DNA from: an uncultured Candidatus Berkelbacteria bacterium
Lineage (GTDB): Bacteria > Patescibacteriota > UBA1384 > CAILIB01
Assembly: GCA_903834195.1 (NCBI GenBank)
Contig: CAILIB010000015.1
Span: forward strand, 1-51,145
DNA length: 51,145 bases
Reading direction: 5' to 3'
The notes under the pieces are model-generated. The model had not been told where the DNA came from, searched no databases, and worked only from the letters and a program-made list of their open reading frames with translations. Within the stretch, counting starts at the first letter, position 1. Each line of letters opens with the position of its first letter. The position numbers and the translations under genes are program-made. Shown here one piece after another: positions 10,801-17,913 of this stretch.

Positions 10801-11989
10801 AAAGCTTCTCGGCATTGATTTACCTGCCGGAACTGTTCAAGGAATATTTGCCTGGGGAAGTACAGGGTTCAAAGGAAACACCTTTGATACCAGCAATACG
10901 TACCAAGTTGGCGGAGGTAGCTATGCTCCACTCGGTACAGTCTTACGAACATGGGCGATGAGTAAACTGTTCGGCTGGGCGGACAAAATGCTCGGATTTG
11001 ACCCTGGTACAGTTCTGAGTCTATATCAGGCAGCAAGCCAACTAATCCAGGCACAACAAGCATTAAGTGTGGCCGAATCTTCAGCGCCAGCAGTTAACTC
11101 TGTTGGATCAATCTTCGGCAACCCTGATTTGGGAACTCAAAATGTTGATGCAGCACAGGCTAACCTCGTAGCCGCGCAAGCTGCTGTCGTAAGTACGGTG
11201 ATCAACATAGCCTTCAAGAGCCAGATCGCTGATGCTGAAAAATCACTCGGCCTCGTACCTGGAACTGGGGCGCTCGGAGTGAGCATATTGGTCTGTCTTG
11301 CCATGGGAGCACCAGTTGCACCGCTCACTATCGCACTATTTGTCGCCATCAACCTATTTGGTACCTATAACGTAAAAATTGATGCACGGGCTAGTGGAAG
11401 TGGATACTATCCGTACAAAGGACATTACGGCAGTAATACAGTTGATCCATATCAATTCCCAACAACCAGTGTTCCTGACCTTGGTTCATTTGATGTACAG
11501 AACAGTACTTCCTACCACGCTGGAATCGAAGCTGCAGCTCAAGCTCACGTATATTCACTCCTTCGCGACCTCCTTACCATGCCTGCTCGCTGGCAAGCAG
11601 CAACAGGTCAAAGTGGAAATTCTGTTTGGATTTCTCAGATTTACACTGCCCGTAAAGAAGATGCGGATAACTTAAATGATCTTGTTTCTCAGCCAGCACC
11701 ATGGGAAAACACTGGCGGGTTCGGGTACGGCAGTCTAGAATCACGCGCAAATGTTGCCTACAACAACGCAACTGGAACCTTTGTTGCTAATCCAGACCCA
11801 GGATACCGCGCAGGACTCTTCTACTGTCTTCCATCTGGATCAGGCAATGGTGCCGCCACAAGCAGCAATGCAAATGGCAATGCAAGCACCAGCCCAACTG
11901 CAGCCACAAGCTCAGGTAGTGCAACCCCTGCAGCAGCGACCGCACAAACTTCCTGTGCATTCACCGACCACATCCACCTCCGCTGGTAA
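4817..11989 (+). CDS. Giant (2390 aa) exported S/T/G-rich protein with internal helical repeats, Cys pairs, a near-C-terminal hydrophobic segment and M15-like motifs at both ends
   Basis: GTG start overlapping the upstream stop (GTGA); signal-peptide-like N-terminus; uninterrupted 7.2-kb ORF. Confidence 0.8.
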   Translation: MRILSKIICCILVELLLVNSAAFAIPLALAASSSTDASAYTLTGCTLPTFSTTPVTSATVSDPALVEDVASSSVVGFNLDFEGGEPLYNSGQINTILQSFSKTNGGTFDSATNTWTFCTNQNMDRLFSGIPTNSTEQQYLDTLQDPLPKISMSDLDRYAIEGEPCRLFITATGQCDETLVPDLDATGKQKLNDDGTPAMKPKYFDDIFTAGASKNHWDAPKADVRILKTLVYLTTPTDLGGANHESITVSRIIQTANKSTEIVDPTLASEDTSQIAAHSYDMDNPEHPVKLSQAMDISAIDTLRVTTRVTEQRRACIGGGGISFGSSCDKVTYNYSASPIKVSWQTDAGAAQSSVPTDLYHGSLSLFSAGLGSLLNDMNLNTTIDPTKISLSNLGDVSKLIGSTLLSQSLNTPGKSITGWDANSTLDSIGRSYIADQLGLPDGALSDGNTTDDITQNIGETAVENAYDLPHGSLKGATSADIWTNVGQRYLEDVLDIQPNTLTPQQYTTAGLLEKIGQGKIEKALALQPTSFSSNTWATDIAPAKNSSEFTKENAGHLDDVLGIGFQDTNGSSKNVNGFTPGDFNDATKTLLSNPTPAAVSKYKQLIGSRTIESSMGRFTPGTASGSTAKAETAAFLPEILSAFGITLYATPFGVPSGETLLFDTTKVTGARVTYGATSNETTEALISSGIYTRDQIIALTKQICDLISSETLIPFSSLPRDLQTIFQNGNKFSPANFPPTSPSQAPQTLNTVLTTWQIPIQTLLNSVTSRLNSSSTVGTNEDVPTLLSAQKALSTAVGSIKQYTDGLLTTIDIQNQSGQSAALNLPGTVYASNPDGTFNTSQKIISSDPVTTLLSGNLTTGELSLIGKLIITQKIIPDRLSQRLALSQIVQSESTTYGAFNSFGVDPGSWTTKGFDDYDFERIFTKGLAQNVFDRIGKLQLLQTTWNITNLQPLSGQGSVSNSAMDQINVKLSQAASGYAFYKNDFDLLKSAITELINGLSGSDNLKTALKAIGDTTTTLSIGGIRDAAQKYEVILNNPALKKATGATQSSLSKATPLVQELIAGHPLSFSQTAEVSQSGTNSSPQANKNADGCLVVGTFRDMISNNQDISSLIKSSAGCRVDDAFNLPVGSMTVWINSNDNSYNGFAKAIGTSLEKNNTTQISDSDLAAEGNKIVSSNSVSSLTAGIPGAGVGGGFKAQDVFNVLSGYASNTLEKMGTTMVDNYLNWDTGTAETLVNPRCTDQTTQTITSCGRTDASTKRTQVMATMGLKELGDALNFPTSLTLSSSQSFVKSFGNARISEILGLAQNSFTGSFKNIIAANAGHLDNLLNSLSWYQNPEIRNLQDIQRSLQGYVDGNGTVGDQSSVAAAQSTLTSVSSSLDSFYNTVLGTITDPGSSVYGKDTTATGTTADTITTAEAKAVSSSISQLKSLSQNSSIGDDLRNQLDGTQQSLTSSGIGSDSWNTKEKSAVLLQMSSYTNRIGSLGSQLGVSGDAFQKLITGSLDGDSISVTEADKDITNSLVSTATNKLLANTPFASLTDTFTALTKGPGCDRGVGFKDFLLGTGPDTDLSDMSNWGCSSETLGSTSLSSLLTGSDTTSTTLRTNLYDHLLSRSFGMNVEKKLNFEPGTIRAIFLNPWEAKDIAIDQGIRTIGAQMLNLNSQAKFSSAEAGIFNGFRNSIMAGFCPVNPLADLSDSQKNQSKSSIGMCSLNFNSTRALGAFEGSLNQVLDDELKNGGGTGHNIGLTDLAVAFAGGMDGIYYLGAAEIAKNLNITLGSGSGSQKFKINFTDIRNAFGGTALSSQDLSNAAQTQQSDFVRNYYVQSGYDPSTFDNGAGGIIDMGGMSNQQVLNIFNSDPNISSTQRSYLLDTQAGVGQSNASQQIKEGAQLRLQYQSYDAAAYKLDPNIPQGFSYAMLRGTSTDRAHYLGLYLANTLNFSKNLFGGSGLTNEMLVNLSQYAITCFTANSGATCNQSLVTPQSLGLLDKWFDGQAGKLLGIDLPAGTVQGIFAWGSTGFKGNTFDTSNTYQVGGGSYAPLGTVLRTWAMSKLFGWADKMLGFDPGTVLSLYQAASQLIQAQQALSVAESSAPAVNSVGSIFGNPDLGTQNVDAAQANLVAAQAAVVSTVINIAFKSQIADAEKSLGLVPGTGALGVSILVCLAMGAPVAPLTIALFVAINLFGTYNVKIDARASGSGYYPYKGHYGSNTVDPYQFPTTSVPDLGSFDVQNSTSYHAGIEAAAQAHVYSLLRDLLTMPARWQAATGQSGNSVWISQIYTARKEDADNLNDLVSQPAPWENTGGFGYGSLESRANVAYNNATGTFVANPDPGYRAGLFYCLPSGSGNGAATSSNANGNASTSPTAATSSGSATPAAATAQTSCAFTDHIHLRW

Positions 11990-11998
11990 ACGACGTAT

Positions 11999-13519
11999 AT
12001 GAGCAACTCATTCGACTCCACAATCCAGCGTATTAACCGACAGACAGAAGAGCAAGCCGCCGAAGCACTCGCGAGTCAACAAGGTTTAAATTATGAAAAA
12101 CTAGACGACTACCCATTTAGTCTCGATGTACTTTCTTTAGTTGATTTGGCAGAAGCAACTCAAAAACAGTATGCACCATACCTCTTAACTAAGGATCAGG
12201 TTAAGATTGCAATTGTTCATCCAGAAAACGCCTTGGTACGTGATGAGATCGTTCTCTTTGGTCGCAAACATAATCTCGCAGTAGAAGAGGCCGTTGTATC
12301 TGGAACGAGCTTTAAGTTACTCCTCGCTTCATGGGCACGTCTTATCGAGGAAAAGAAACAGGGTGAAATCTCTCAAGTTGAAAGTGAGAAGCAAAAAGCT
12401 GAACACGATTACGTCGCCAAGATTAAAACGCTTGAGGATTTACAAAAAGAAGTTGCAACGGTAAGCACTACCGAGTTAATTGATGTTATTGTTGCCGCAG
12501 CAATGAACCAGGGCGCCTCTGATATTCACCTTGAACCAGAGGCTGAAACAATGACTGTTCGATTCCGAGTTGATGGAGTATTACAACGAGTGCTTCAACT
12601 CCCAATGACTCAGCATCACCACCTGATTTCACGTATTAAAATTCTGGCGCACATCAAAATTGACGTACATGGACTGAGTCAAGATGGTCGCTTCAGTATG
12701 AAAGACAAGGGAATAAACGTTGATGTACGTGTTTCAATTGTTCCGACTGGGTATGGGGAAGGGGTGGTAATGCGCTTACTCCACCAGGACGTTGAATCAG
12801 CAACCTTAGAGGCACTCGGATTTTCACCGTATAATTTGGCACTTATTGAAAAAGCAATTCGTCGACCATACGGGTTAATCCTTGTAACAGGTCCTACTGG
12901 TTCAGGTAAATCAACCACACTGTATGCAATCCTACAAAAGTTAAATACGACTGAAAAAAAGATTATCACCTTAGAAGACCCAATTGAGTACCGCATCCCA
13001 GGTGTGCAACAGAGTCAAATTGATGCAGATCACGGCTTTACCTTTGCCGAAGGATTAAAAGGTGCCCTGCGCCAAGACCCTGACATTGTTATGGTGGGTG
13101 AAATACGTGACCCAGAAACAGCCACAATCGCCCTGAACGCGTCTTTAACCGGTCACTTAGTACTTTCTACCCTTCACACCAATGACGCCATTACGGCCCA
13201 CACACGCTTTTTGGAGCTTGGGGTTGAGCCATTCCTCTTAGCGGGGAGTATTAATATGATTATTGCTCAACGACTAGTGCGCACACCTGTGCCAGGGAGC
13301 GACCCTGCAAACCCTACATATAAGGGGAGAACAGTTATTGCTGAGGTGCTTTGTCCTACTCAAGAATTTGAACGCGCTGTTACAAATCACGCGGATCAGA
13401 GTACGTTGCAGGAGCTTGCGATTAAAGGTGGAATGATTCCTATGCTTAAGGATGGTATGGATAAGGTTAAAGAGGGGAAGACGAGCGAGAGCGAGATTTA
13501 CCGTGTGACGGTGGTTTAG
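11999..13519 (+). CDS. pilB: PilB/GspE-family type IV pilus/type II secretion ATPase
   Basis: 'ASDIHLEP', 'RFRVDG', Walker A 'GPTGSGKSTT', Asp box 'TLEDPIEY', 'LRQDPDIVMVGEIRD', His box 'GHLVLSTLHTND'. Confidence 0.92.
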   Translation: MSNSFDSTIQRINRQTEEQAAEALASQQGLNYEKLDDYPFSLDVLSLVDLAEATQKQYAPYLLTKDQVKIAIVHPENALVRDEIVLFGRKHNLAVEEAVVSGTSFKLLLASWARLIEEKKQGEISQVESEKQKAEHDYVAKIKTLEDLQKEVATVSTTELIDVIVAAAMNQGASDIHLEPEAETMTVRFRVDGVLQRVLQLPMTQHHHLISRIKILAHIKIDVHGLSQDGRFSMKDKGINVDVRVSIVPTGYGEGVVMRLLHQDVESATLEALGFSPYNLALIEKAIRRPYGLILVTGPTGSGKSTTLYAILQKLNTTEKKIITLEDPIEYRIPGVQQSQIDADHGFTFAEGLKGALRQDPDIVMVGEIRDPETATIALNASLTGHLVLSTLHTNDAITAHTRFLELGVEPFLLAGSINMIIAQRLVRTPVPGSDPANPTYKGRTVIAEVLCPTQEFERAVTNHADQSTLQELAIKGGMIPMLKDGMDKVKEGKTSESEIYRVTVV

Positions 13520-13570
13520 TAGGCTCTCCTAGTTGCTAAAATGGCTTGATTGTGCTATATTTCGCACGTC

Positions 13571-14473
13571 ATGCGAACCTTTTCCAAATTCGGCATCGCG
13601 GCCATTGCCGCCTTTTCTTTGTTTCTCTGTGGATGCAGCAGTGCACCCATTAAAGAGACTACACTGGAGAATTCTTCTCCCAATCTCTCACTCGCAACAT
13701 CCAGTCCCAGTAGCGATGCGAAGGCTGTGCCTCCGTATGCGCTCCTAACTCGTCGTTTCGACCTCAGCAGCAGTCCAACCCGGGCTACCTGTGAGTACTT
13801 CCCCCTCATTGGAACCACTTTTAAAGTGCTCAATGCAAAGAAGATCGACGGGGGTGCATACACGTATTCAGACGCCGAATCAATCATGGCTGAAGTTCTG
13901 ACTGCACACGGCAGCATCGACCAGGTCGCCATGCAGGGAGGAGTGAATAACATCACCTTCTCGGTGGAAAGTGCCGAGATGAAAATCCCAGCAAGTTCAA
14001 CGTTGCAACTACCTCTGCGAAGGTCGGCCTGGATATACAACTTCGCCTACAAGGACAAAGTCACTAGCAAAGTGGTTAATCGCCAAATCCCGGTCAATTA
14101 TCTCGATGACCCAGACCAGCGGCAAGTGCTCGTTGACACAATCAACGACATTAGCAGGAATATCGAGCGAAAAGTGGACGATTGCATCGTCCGGCAGACC
14201 AGCCATGGTGAACTGTGGTGGGCGAAAGACGGCCCTGAGGCCGGAAAAAAGTGGCTTGAACATCTAAATGGCATGCGGAAGCAGGCCATGGCCTACTGCG
14301 AAAAGAATGACCTACCGTACACAGATCAGTTTCCCGGCAACCCGGATTCTGTCAGTGCGCACACGACGTCTGCAAGTTCGGTAACTGGACCATCAGCCAC
14401 AGAAGGATACCGAATAGCAATGGCGTACGCCACGTATCGCGACATGACCCGACACGGGTTTGTCGCAAAATGA
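13571..14473 (+). CDS. Hypothetical lipoprotein
   Basis: ATG at 13571; 'MRTFSKFGIAAIAAFSLFLCGC' signal with lipobox Cys; followed by an intrinsic terminator. Confidence 0.65.
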   Translation: MRTFSKFGIAAIAAFSLFLCGCSSAPIKETTLENSSPNLSLATSSPSSDAKAVPPYALLTRRFDLSSSPTRATCEYFPLIGTTFKVLNAKKIDGGAYTYSDAESIMAEVLTAHGSIDQVAMQGGVNNITFSVESAEMKIPASSTLQLPLRRSAWIYNFAYKDKVTSKVVNRQIPVNYLDDPDQRQVLVDTINDISRNIERKVDDCIVRQTSHGELWWAKDGPEAGKKWLEHLNGMRKQAMAYCEKNDLPYTDQFPGNPDSVSAHTTSASSVTGPSATEGYRIAMAYATYRDMTRHGFVAK

Positions 14474-14480
14474 TCGTCAT

Positions 14481-14517
14481 GAGGGACGTCCTGGTTATCC
14501 AGGGCGCCCCTCTTTTT
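14481..14517 (+). terminator. Rho-independent terminator
   Basis: gagggacgtcctgg-ttat-ccagggcgcccctc stem-loop followed by ttttt. Confidence 0.75.
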
Positions 14518-14559
14518 ATGCGTAAAGCCACTTCAAGAAAACGCTCCACCAATCATCTA

Positions 14560-14997
14560 TCAACAAAGACTATCCATTATTCCCAGGAACTGCGTTGGAG
14601 TTACAACCTGAACATCTCGGTATACACCTAAAATAAGCAGATCTTTATCGCCACTAATAATATATGTACATCCGCCTAGGATTGCAGTTTCAAGAACTTT
14701 ATTATCATCAGGATCTCGACTAGCCTCAACTGTTACTGAACCGAGCGCCACCATAGTAGTGTCCTCCCGAATAGAGGCCTCAAGTAAGGTTAGCTTGGGA
14801 ATAAACAAGGGAAATTTTTGAGTAATCTTCCGTCTTAGCTCACTCAACAACTCCTCGCTTACAACTACGATAATTTCTCCATGAATAAAGCGCTCAAGAA
14901 CCGTACCCGGAGAACCTACAAAAACGAGTCCGGATATCCAAACGTTCGTATCTATCACAACTCGAGGAACCTCTTTGTGTCGTCGAGGTTTAGTCAT
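14560..14997 (-). CDS. PIN-domain (VapC-like) toxin
   Basis: 'RVVIDTNVWISGL...ELLSEL...SRDPDDNKVLETAI...IISGDKDLL...VVTP' PIN motifs; start overlaps the antitoxin stop. Confidence 0.9.
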   Translation of the reverse strand: MTKPRRHKEVPRVVIDTNVWISGLVFVGSPGTVLERFIHGEIIVVVSEELLSELRRKITQKFPLFIPKLTLLEASIREDTTMVALGSVTVEASRDPDDNKVLETAILGGCTYIISGDKDLLILGVYRDVQVVTPTQFLGIMDSLC

Positions 14998-15217
14998 TGA
15001 GTAAATCGTAGACCTGTTCTTCACTGGTAATATTCATTACTTCACCAACTTTCCGCCCTGCAGTCATTAGGTCTGTCCAGCGGGCACGCCGTTCAAGGTC
15101 TGCGAGAGCTAAGCGACGAAAATACTCACTTCGACTGCCGAAGTCTTTTTTAACAGCTTGATCGATTTGTTCAAGAAGCACCGTGTCGAGTGCAATGTTT
15201 AGAGTTTTAGTTGCCAT
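14990..15217 (-). CDS. Ribbon-helix-helix (CopG-like) antitoxin
   Basis: 'TKTLNIALDTVLLEQIDQAVK...SRSEYFRRL' RHH pattern directly upstream of the PIN gene. Confidence 0.85.
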   Translation of the reverse strand: MATKTLNIALDTVLLEQIDQAVKKDFGSRSEYFRRLALADLERRARWTDLMTAGRKVGEVMNITSEEQVYDLLND

Positions 15218-15239
15218 ATAGCAAGTTTAATATATGGAC

Positions 15240-15270
15240 GTATTGTATAGGTATTGTATATTTATGTCAA
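15240..15270 (-). promoter_or_regulatory. Sigma70 promoter of the RHH-PIN operon with a tandem operator-like repeat
   Basis: Minus strand TTGACA (15265-15270), 17 bp, TACAAT (15242-15247); TATACAATAC occurs twice across the spacer and -10. Confidence 0.75.
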
Positions 15271-15322
15271 TCCGCAAATTGGGTGTGCTCACTTTCACAA
15301 CATACGTAAAGCTGCCCCGAGG

Positions 15323-16801
15323 CTAAACCTCTAATATTGTGCGAAGGTTTTCAACCGCATGACCCTCTTCCCATTTTGCAAGCAAGTCCTGAAACATGGT
15401 TGTTTGAAACAGCTTTGAAAATTCAGTTCGGACTTTTTCCCACTTTGGAATAATGAGCCGTTCTGTTTGCTGAACACAGCGTGAAGCACCAATTACAGCA
15501 CCGCAATCTCTATACAGATCATCAAAGGTTTCGATAAGCCGTTTTTGACCTTCACCAATAGGCAAGCCCATTTCAACTGCGCGCTGGGCGCTTAGCTGCA
15601 TATCCTTAACTATGAAGAACCCCTGTAAATAGGCCAAAAGCCGTTTAGTAGATTCTTGATCCTCCTGGTTATCACCCACAAGTTCCCAGTGGAGACCTTC
15701 TTTGAGAATTGTATACACGTTACTTGTGGCAGAAAACCAACCTGGTTTATGTTGGAGAAAGGAAGAATGCAATTCATCAAGGTGCGCATGTTGACTACGA
15801 AGCCCGTCTATATCTGAAGGCGAGAATTGCCGATTTAATATATCGGAATAATATTGAGCATCTCGCATGTAGGCTTCCTGCGAACTACGCGCACGTGTTT
15901 CTGGTAAAACACTATCTCGAGCAGAGCTACTGTTAATTCCTGAATGGAGCGGGGAATCGGAGTCAACACTTAATAAATAATCAGTTAAAAACTTAGTGTG
16001 ATGATGTAACTCGTGAATGATAGAAGTGGTCGGAGTTACATTATCAGTTCGTAACTCAATATTTATATCTACTACAACAAATGAAAGACATGAGCTCGAT
16101 GCATTGTATCGGGCACCACGACTACCGCGAGGGTCTGGAATAGGGAATGAGTACGGCCCTACCTGAACTAACCCTTGCCAATCTGCAGAGTTACACGTCA
16201 CTACAACTGCTCCCATGACACGTTTTACATCAAGAATTGCAGAGTGTGCAGTACAATCTGCTACTAATTGTGCTGATTTTTCACTCCTACTGTTCCAGGC
16301 TTCCAATAGAGCTGGTTCAAATTGACCCATAATAGCGGGGTCAAGAAGGTCTTTGGAGACAGCGTTTTGTTCTATGTGCCCTGTATGTGGATCTACACTA
16401 ACACCCTCAACATAATGGTCCATGAAAGAAAGAAATGGGACAATTTGCTCAATTTTCTCGTCACCTTCCTGATGCTCAAACTTTTCACGGTTTGAATCAT
16501 CACCTTCGAGAAGTTCAACAGATGTGACCGGTGACGAATTACTACCTTCAAAGTAGACCTGTCTACCCGGAAGAAAACTTGTATTAAGAAGTCGCCCTCC
16601 ATATCCTACCAAAGGGCCGGTTCCACTTTTAAAGAAGATATGGCGCTCACTTCCTTCGGTGGTTAATTCGGCCATGTACCGTGAGTTTCGCGTGTTAATT
16701 ACAAGTTCACAGGTGTCGGGAAGTGCCGAAATCTCTAATTCACCCTCTTGTTTGGGTGATGTGATTTCATTTTTGCCAAAACGTTCCTGAAAGGTGTTCA
16801 T
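15323..16801 (-). CDS. Hypothetical protein with an HExxH zinc-metallopeptidase-like motif
   Basis: 492-aa ORF; 'SIIHELHHH' and a downstream 'LDELHS' possible third ligand. Confidence 0.55.
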   Translation of the reverse strand: MNTFQERFGKNEITSPKQEGELEISALPDTCELVINTRNSRYMAELTTEGSERHIFFKSGTGPLVGYGGRLLNTSFLPGRQVYFEGSNSSPVTSVELLEGDDSNREKFEHQEGDEKIEQIVPFLSFMDHYVEGVSVDPHTGHIEQNAVSKDLLDPAIMGQFEPALLEAWNSRSEKSAQLVADCTAHSAILDVKRVMGAVVVTCNSADWQGLVQVGPYSFPIPDPRGSRGARYNASSSCLSFVVVDINIELRTDNVTPTTSIIHELHHHTKFLTDYLLSVDSDSPLHSGINSSSARDSVLPETRARSSQEAYMRDAQYYSDILNRQFSPSDIDGLRSQHAHLDELHSSFLQHKPGWFSATSNVYTILKEGLHWELVGDNQEDQESTKRLLAYLQGFFIVKDMQLSAQRAVEMGLPIGEGQKRLIETFDDLYRDCGAVIGASRCVQQTERLIIPKWEKVRTEFSKLFQTTMFQDLLAKWEEGHAVENLRTILEV

Positions 16802-16890
16802 TGGTTTTTAGTCTAAAGTATTTTGCTATCAGATACAAAATCACGACCATTACCGTAACAGCTCTGGATTTAGAGATCCCTTATACCAAT

Positions 16891-17065
16891 GAGAGGTAGG
16901 GATGACGTTCGCTTTCTGAACCTTTCACTCCGTATTTAAGCGGTTCAGAAGTGCTACACTAACTTCACTCTTTTCTCTGCAAAGTATGGTTTAGGCGAAG
17001 TCGAACCCGGTTTCGAATCTCGACTCGAAGACAAAGAAAAAGACCCCGAATGGGGTCATTTTCTT
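16891..17065 (-). repeat. tRNA-Ser 3'-fragment unit, copy 1 (degenerate), with 97-bp structured insertion (16904-17000) and terminal hairpin
   Basis: gagaggtagggat|insert|tcgaaccc equals the tRNA acceptor/T-arm antisense; insert matches 19593-19689 at 88/97 by manual count; hairpin aagaaaaagacccc-gaat-ggggtcattttctt at 17034-17065. Confidence 0.85.
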
Positions 17066-17195
17066 AGGCGGACTGCATGCGCTTTCTTTTGAACACCTGA
17101 TGGAGTGGTTAGACCAGTTGAGGTTAGCCTATGAAGATTAATTATATTACGAGTATAATAAGGTTGGAGATAGATAAAATTTAACGGCTCTGAGA

Positions 17196-17224
17196 TTGAT
17201 AAAAGCGTACTTTTATGGTATTAT
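17196..17224 (+). promoter_or_regulatory. Sigma70 promoter inside cassette 1
   Basis: TTGATA (17196-17201), 17 bp, TG-extended TATTAT (17219-17224). Confidence 0.6.
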
Positions 17225-17378
17225 CACGCCGTACTTTTACAGATTGATATCTTGATTTGAGATGGGCACCGTTTGCATCACATTTGTGGTGCTTGGAGTG
17301 CTCATCTCAAAGACGTGCCTGCCACAGCTCGACAGTATCGAGCTACGACCGTTCCCGAAAGGAACAAGGAGACTGACC

Positions 17379-17913
17379 ATCCCTTACAACATGCTCAGAG
17401 TGCCGAAAGAATATGCTGGACAGATTCGCGACCTTCTTACGAAGCTCAAAAGTGCTGACGTAGGAGTTGAATGGCTGGAAGCCTTAAAATTGTTTCTTCG
17501 TAAGGAGAACCCCTGGCCCCTCCTCGTCACGATTTTTAAAGGCATCGATGCTCTCATCACAGCCGGTGGCTACCAGAAGCTGGACAGCTGGATCTGCGAT
17601 CAAAACGCACCCCAGTATATCCACACTGGCAGTGACACAGTGGTCGAGTACCTCTATTTGGGAGCTTTGAGCTCTTCAGAAGAAGGTCTCGATAAGATGA
17701 AGGCGATGGGCTACCGCCCAGCACAAGACCCTGAAGTACTCGCTCAAGATATGAAGCATCCCGACCAACTGGTCGAGAGAAACCCTGTCGTTGTTCTAGG
17801 CTCGGTCTGGCAGAATCGCAATGGCAACCGCAACCGCGCTGATTCTCAACCGCAATGGTGCGAACCGCAAGGTCAACCTAAATTGGTGGAGCAACAGGTG
17901 AATCTCGAACTGA
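17379..17913 (+). pseudogene. Decayed CPR-type gene resembling a DGR target, with an Asn-codon-rich 3' end
   Basis: AAGGAG lies 7 nt before an in-frame ATC (possible mutated start; next ATG at 17391). 'LKLFLRKENPW...PVVVLGSVW', then a +1 frameshift near 17835 and TGA at 17899 within 'NRNGNRN/ALILNRNGANRKVNLNWWSNR*ISN'. Confidence 0.6.

Noticed and set aside
11830-11950. Ala/Ser/Thr-rich tract as a DNA tandem repeat
   Set aside because: It is a low-complexity coding linker between two Cys residues, not a discrete repeat array.
215-13000. Many short antisense or alternate-frame ORFs inside long genes (also throughout the rest of the window)
   Set aside because: They are shadow ORFs fully overlapping well-supported genes and show no recognisable motifs.
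17781-17913. Complete active DGR
   Set aside because: No reverse transcriptase, Avd or second repeat copy is visible in the window.
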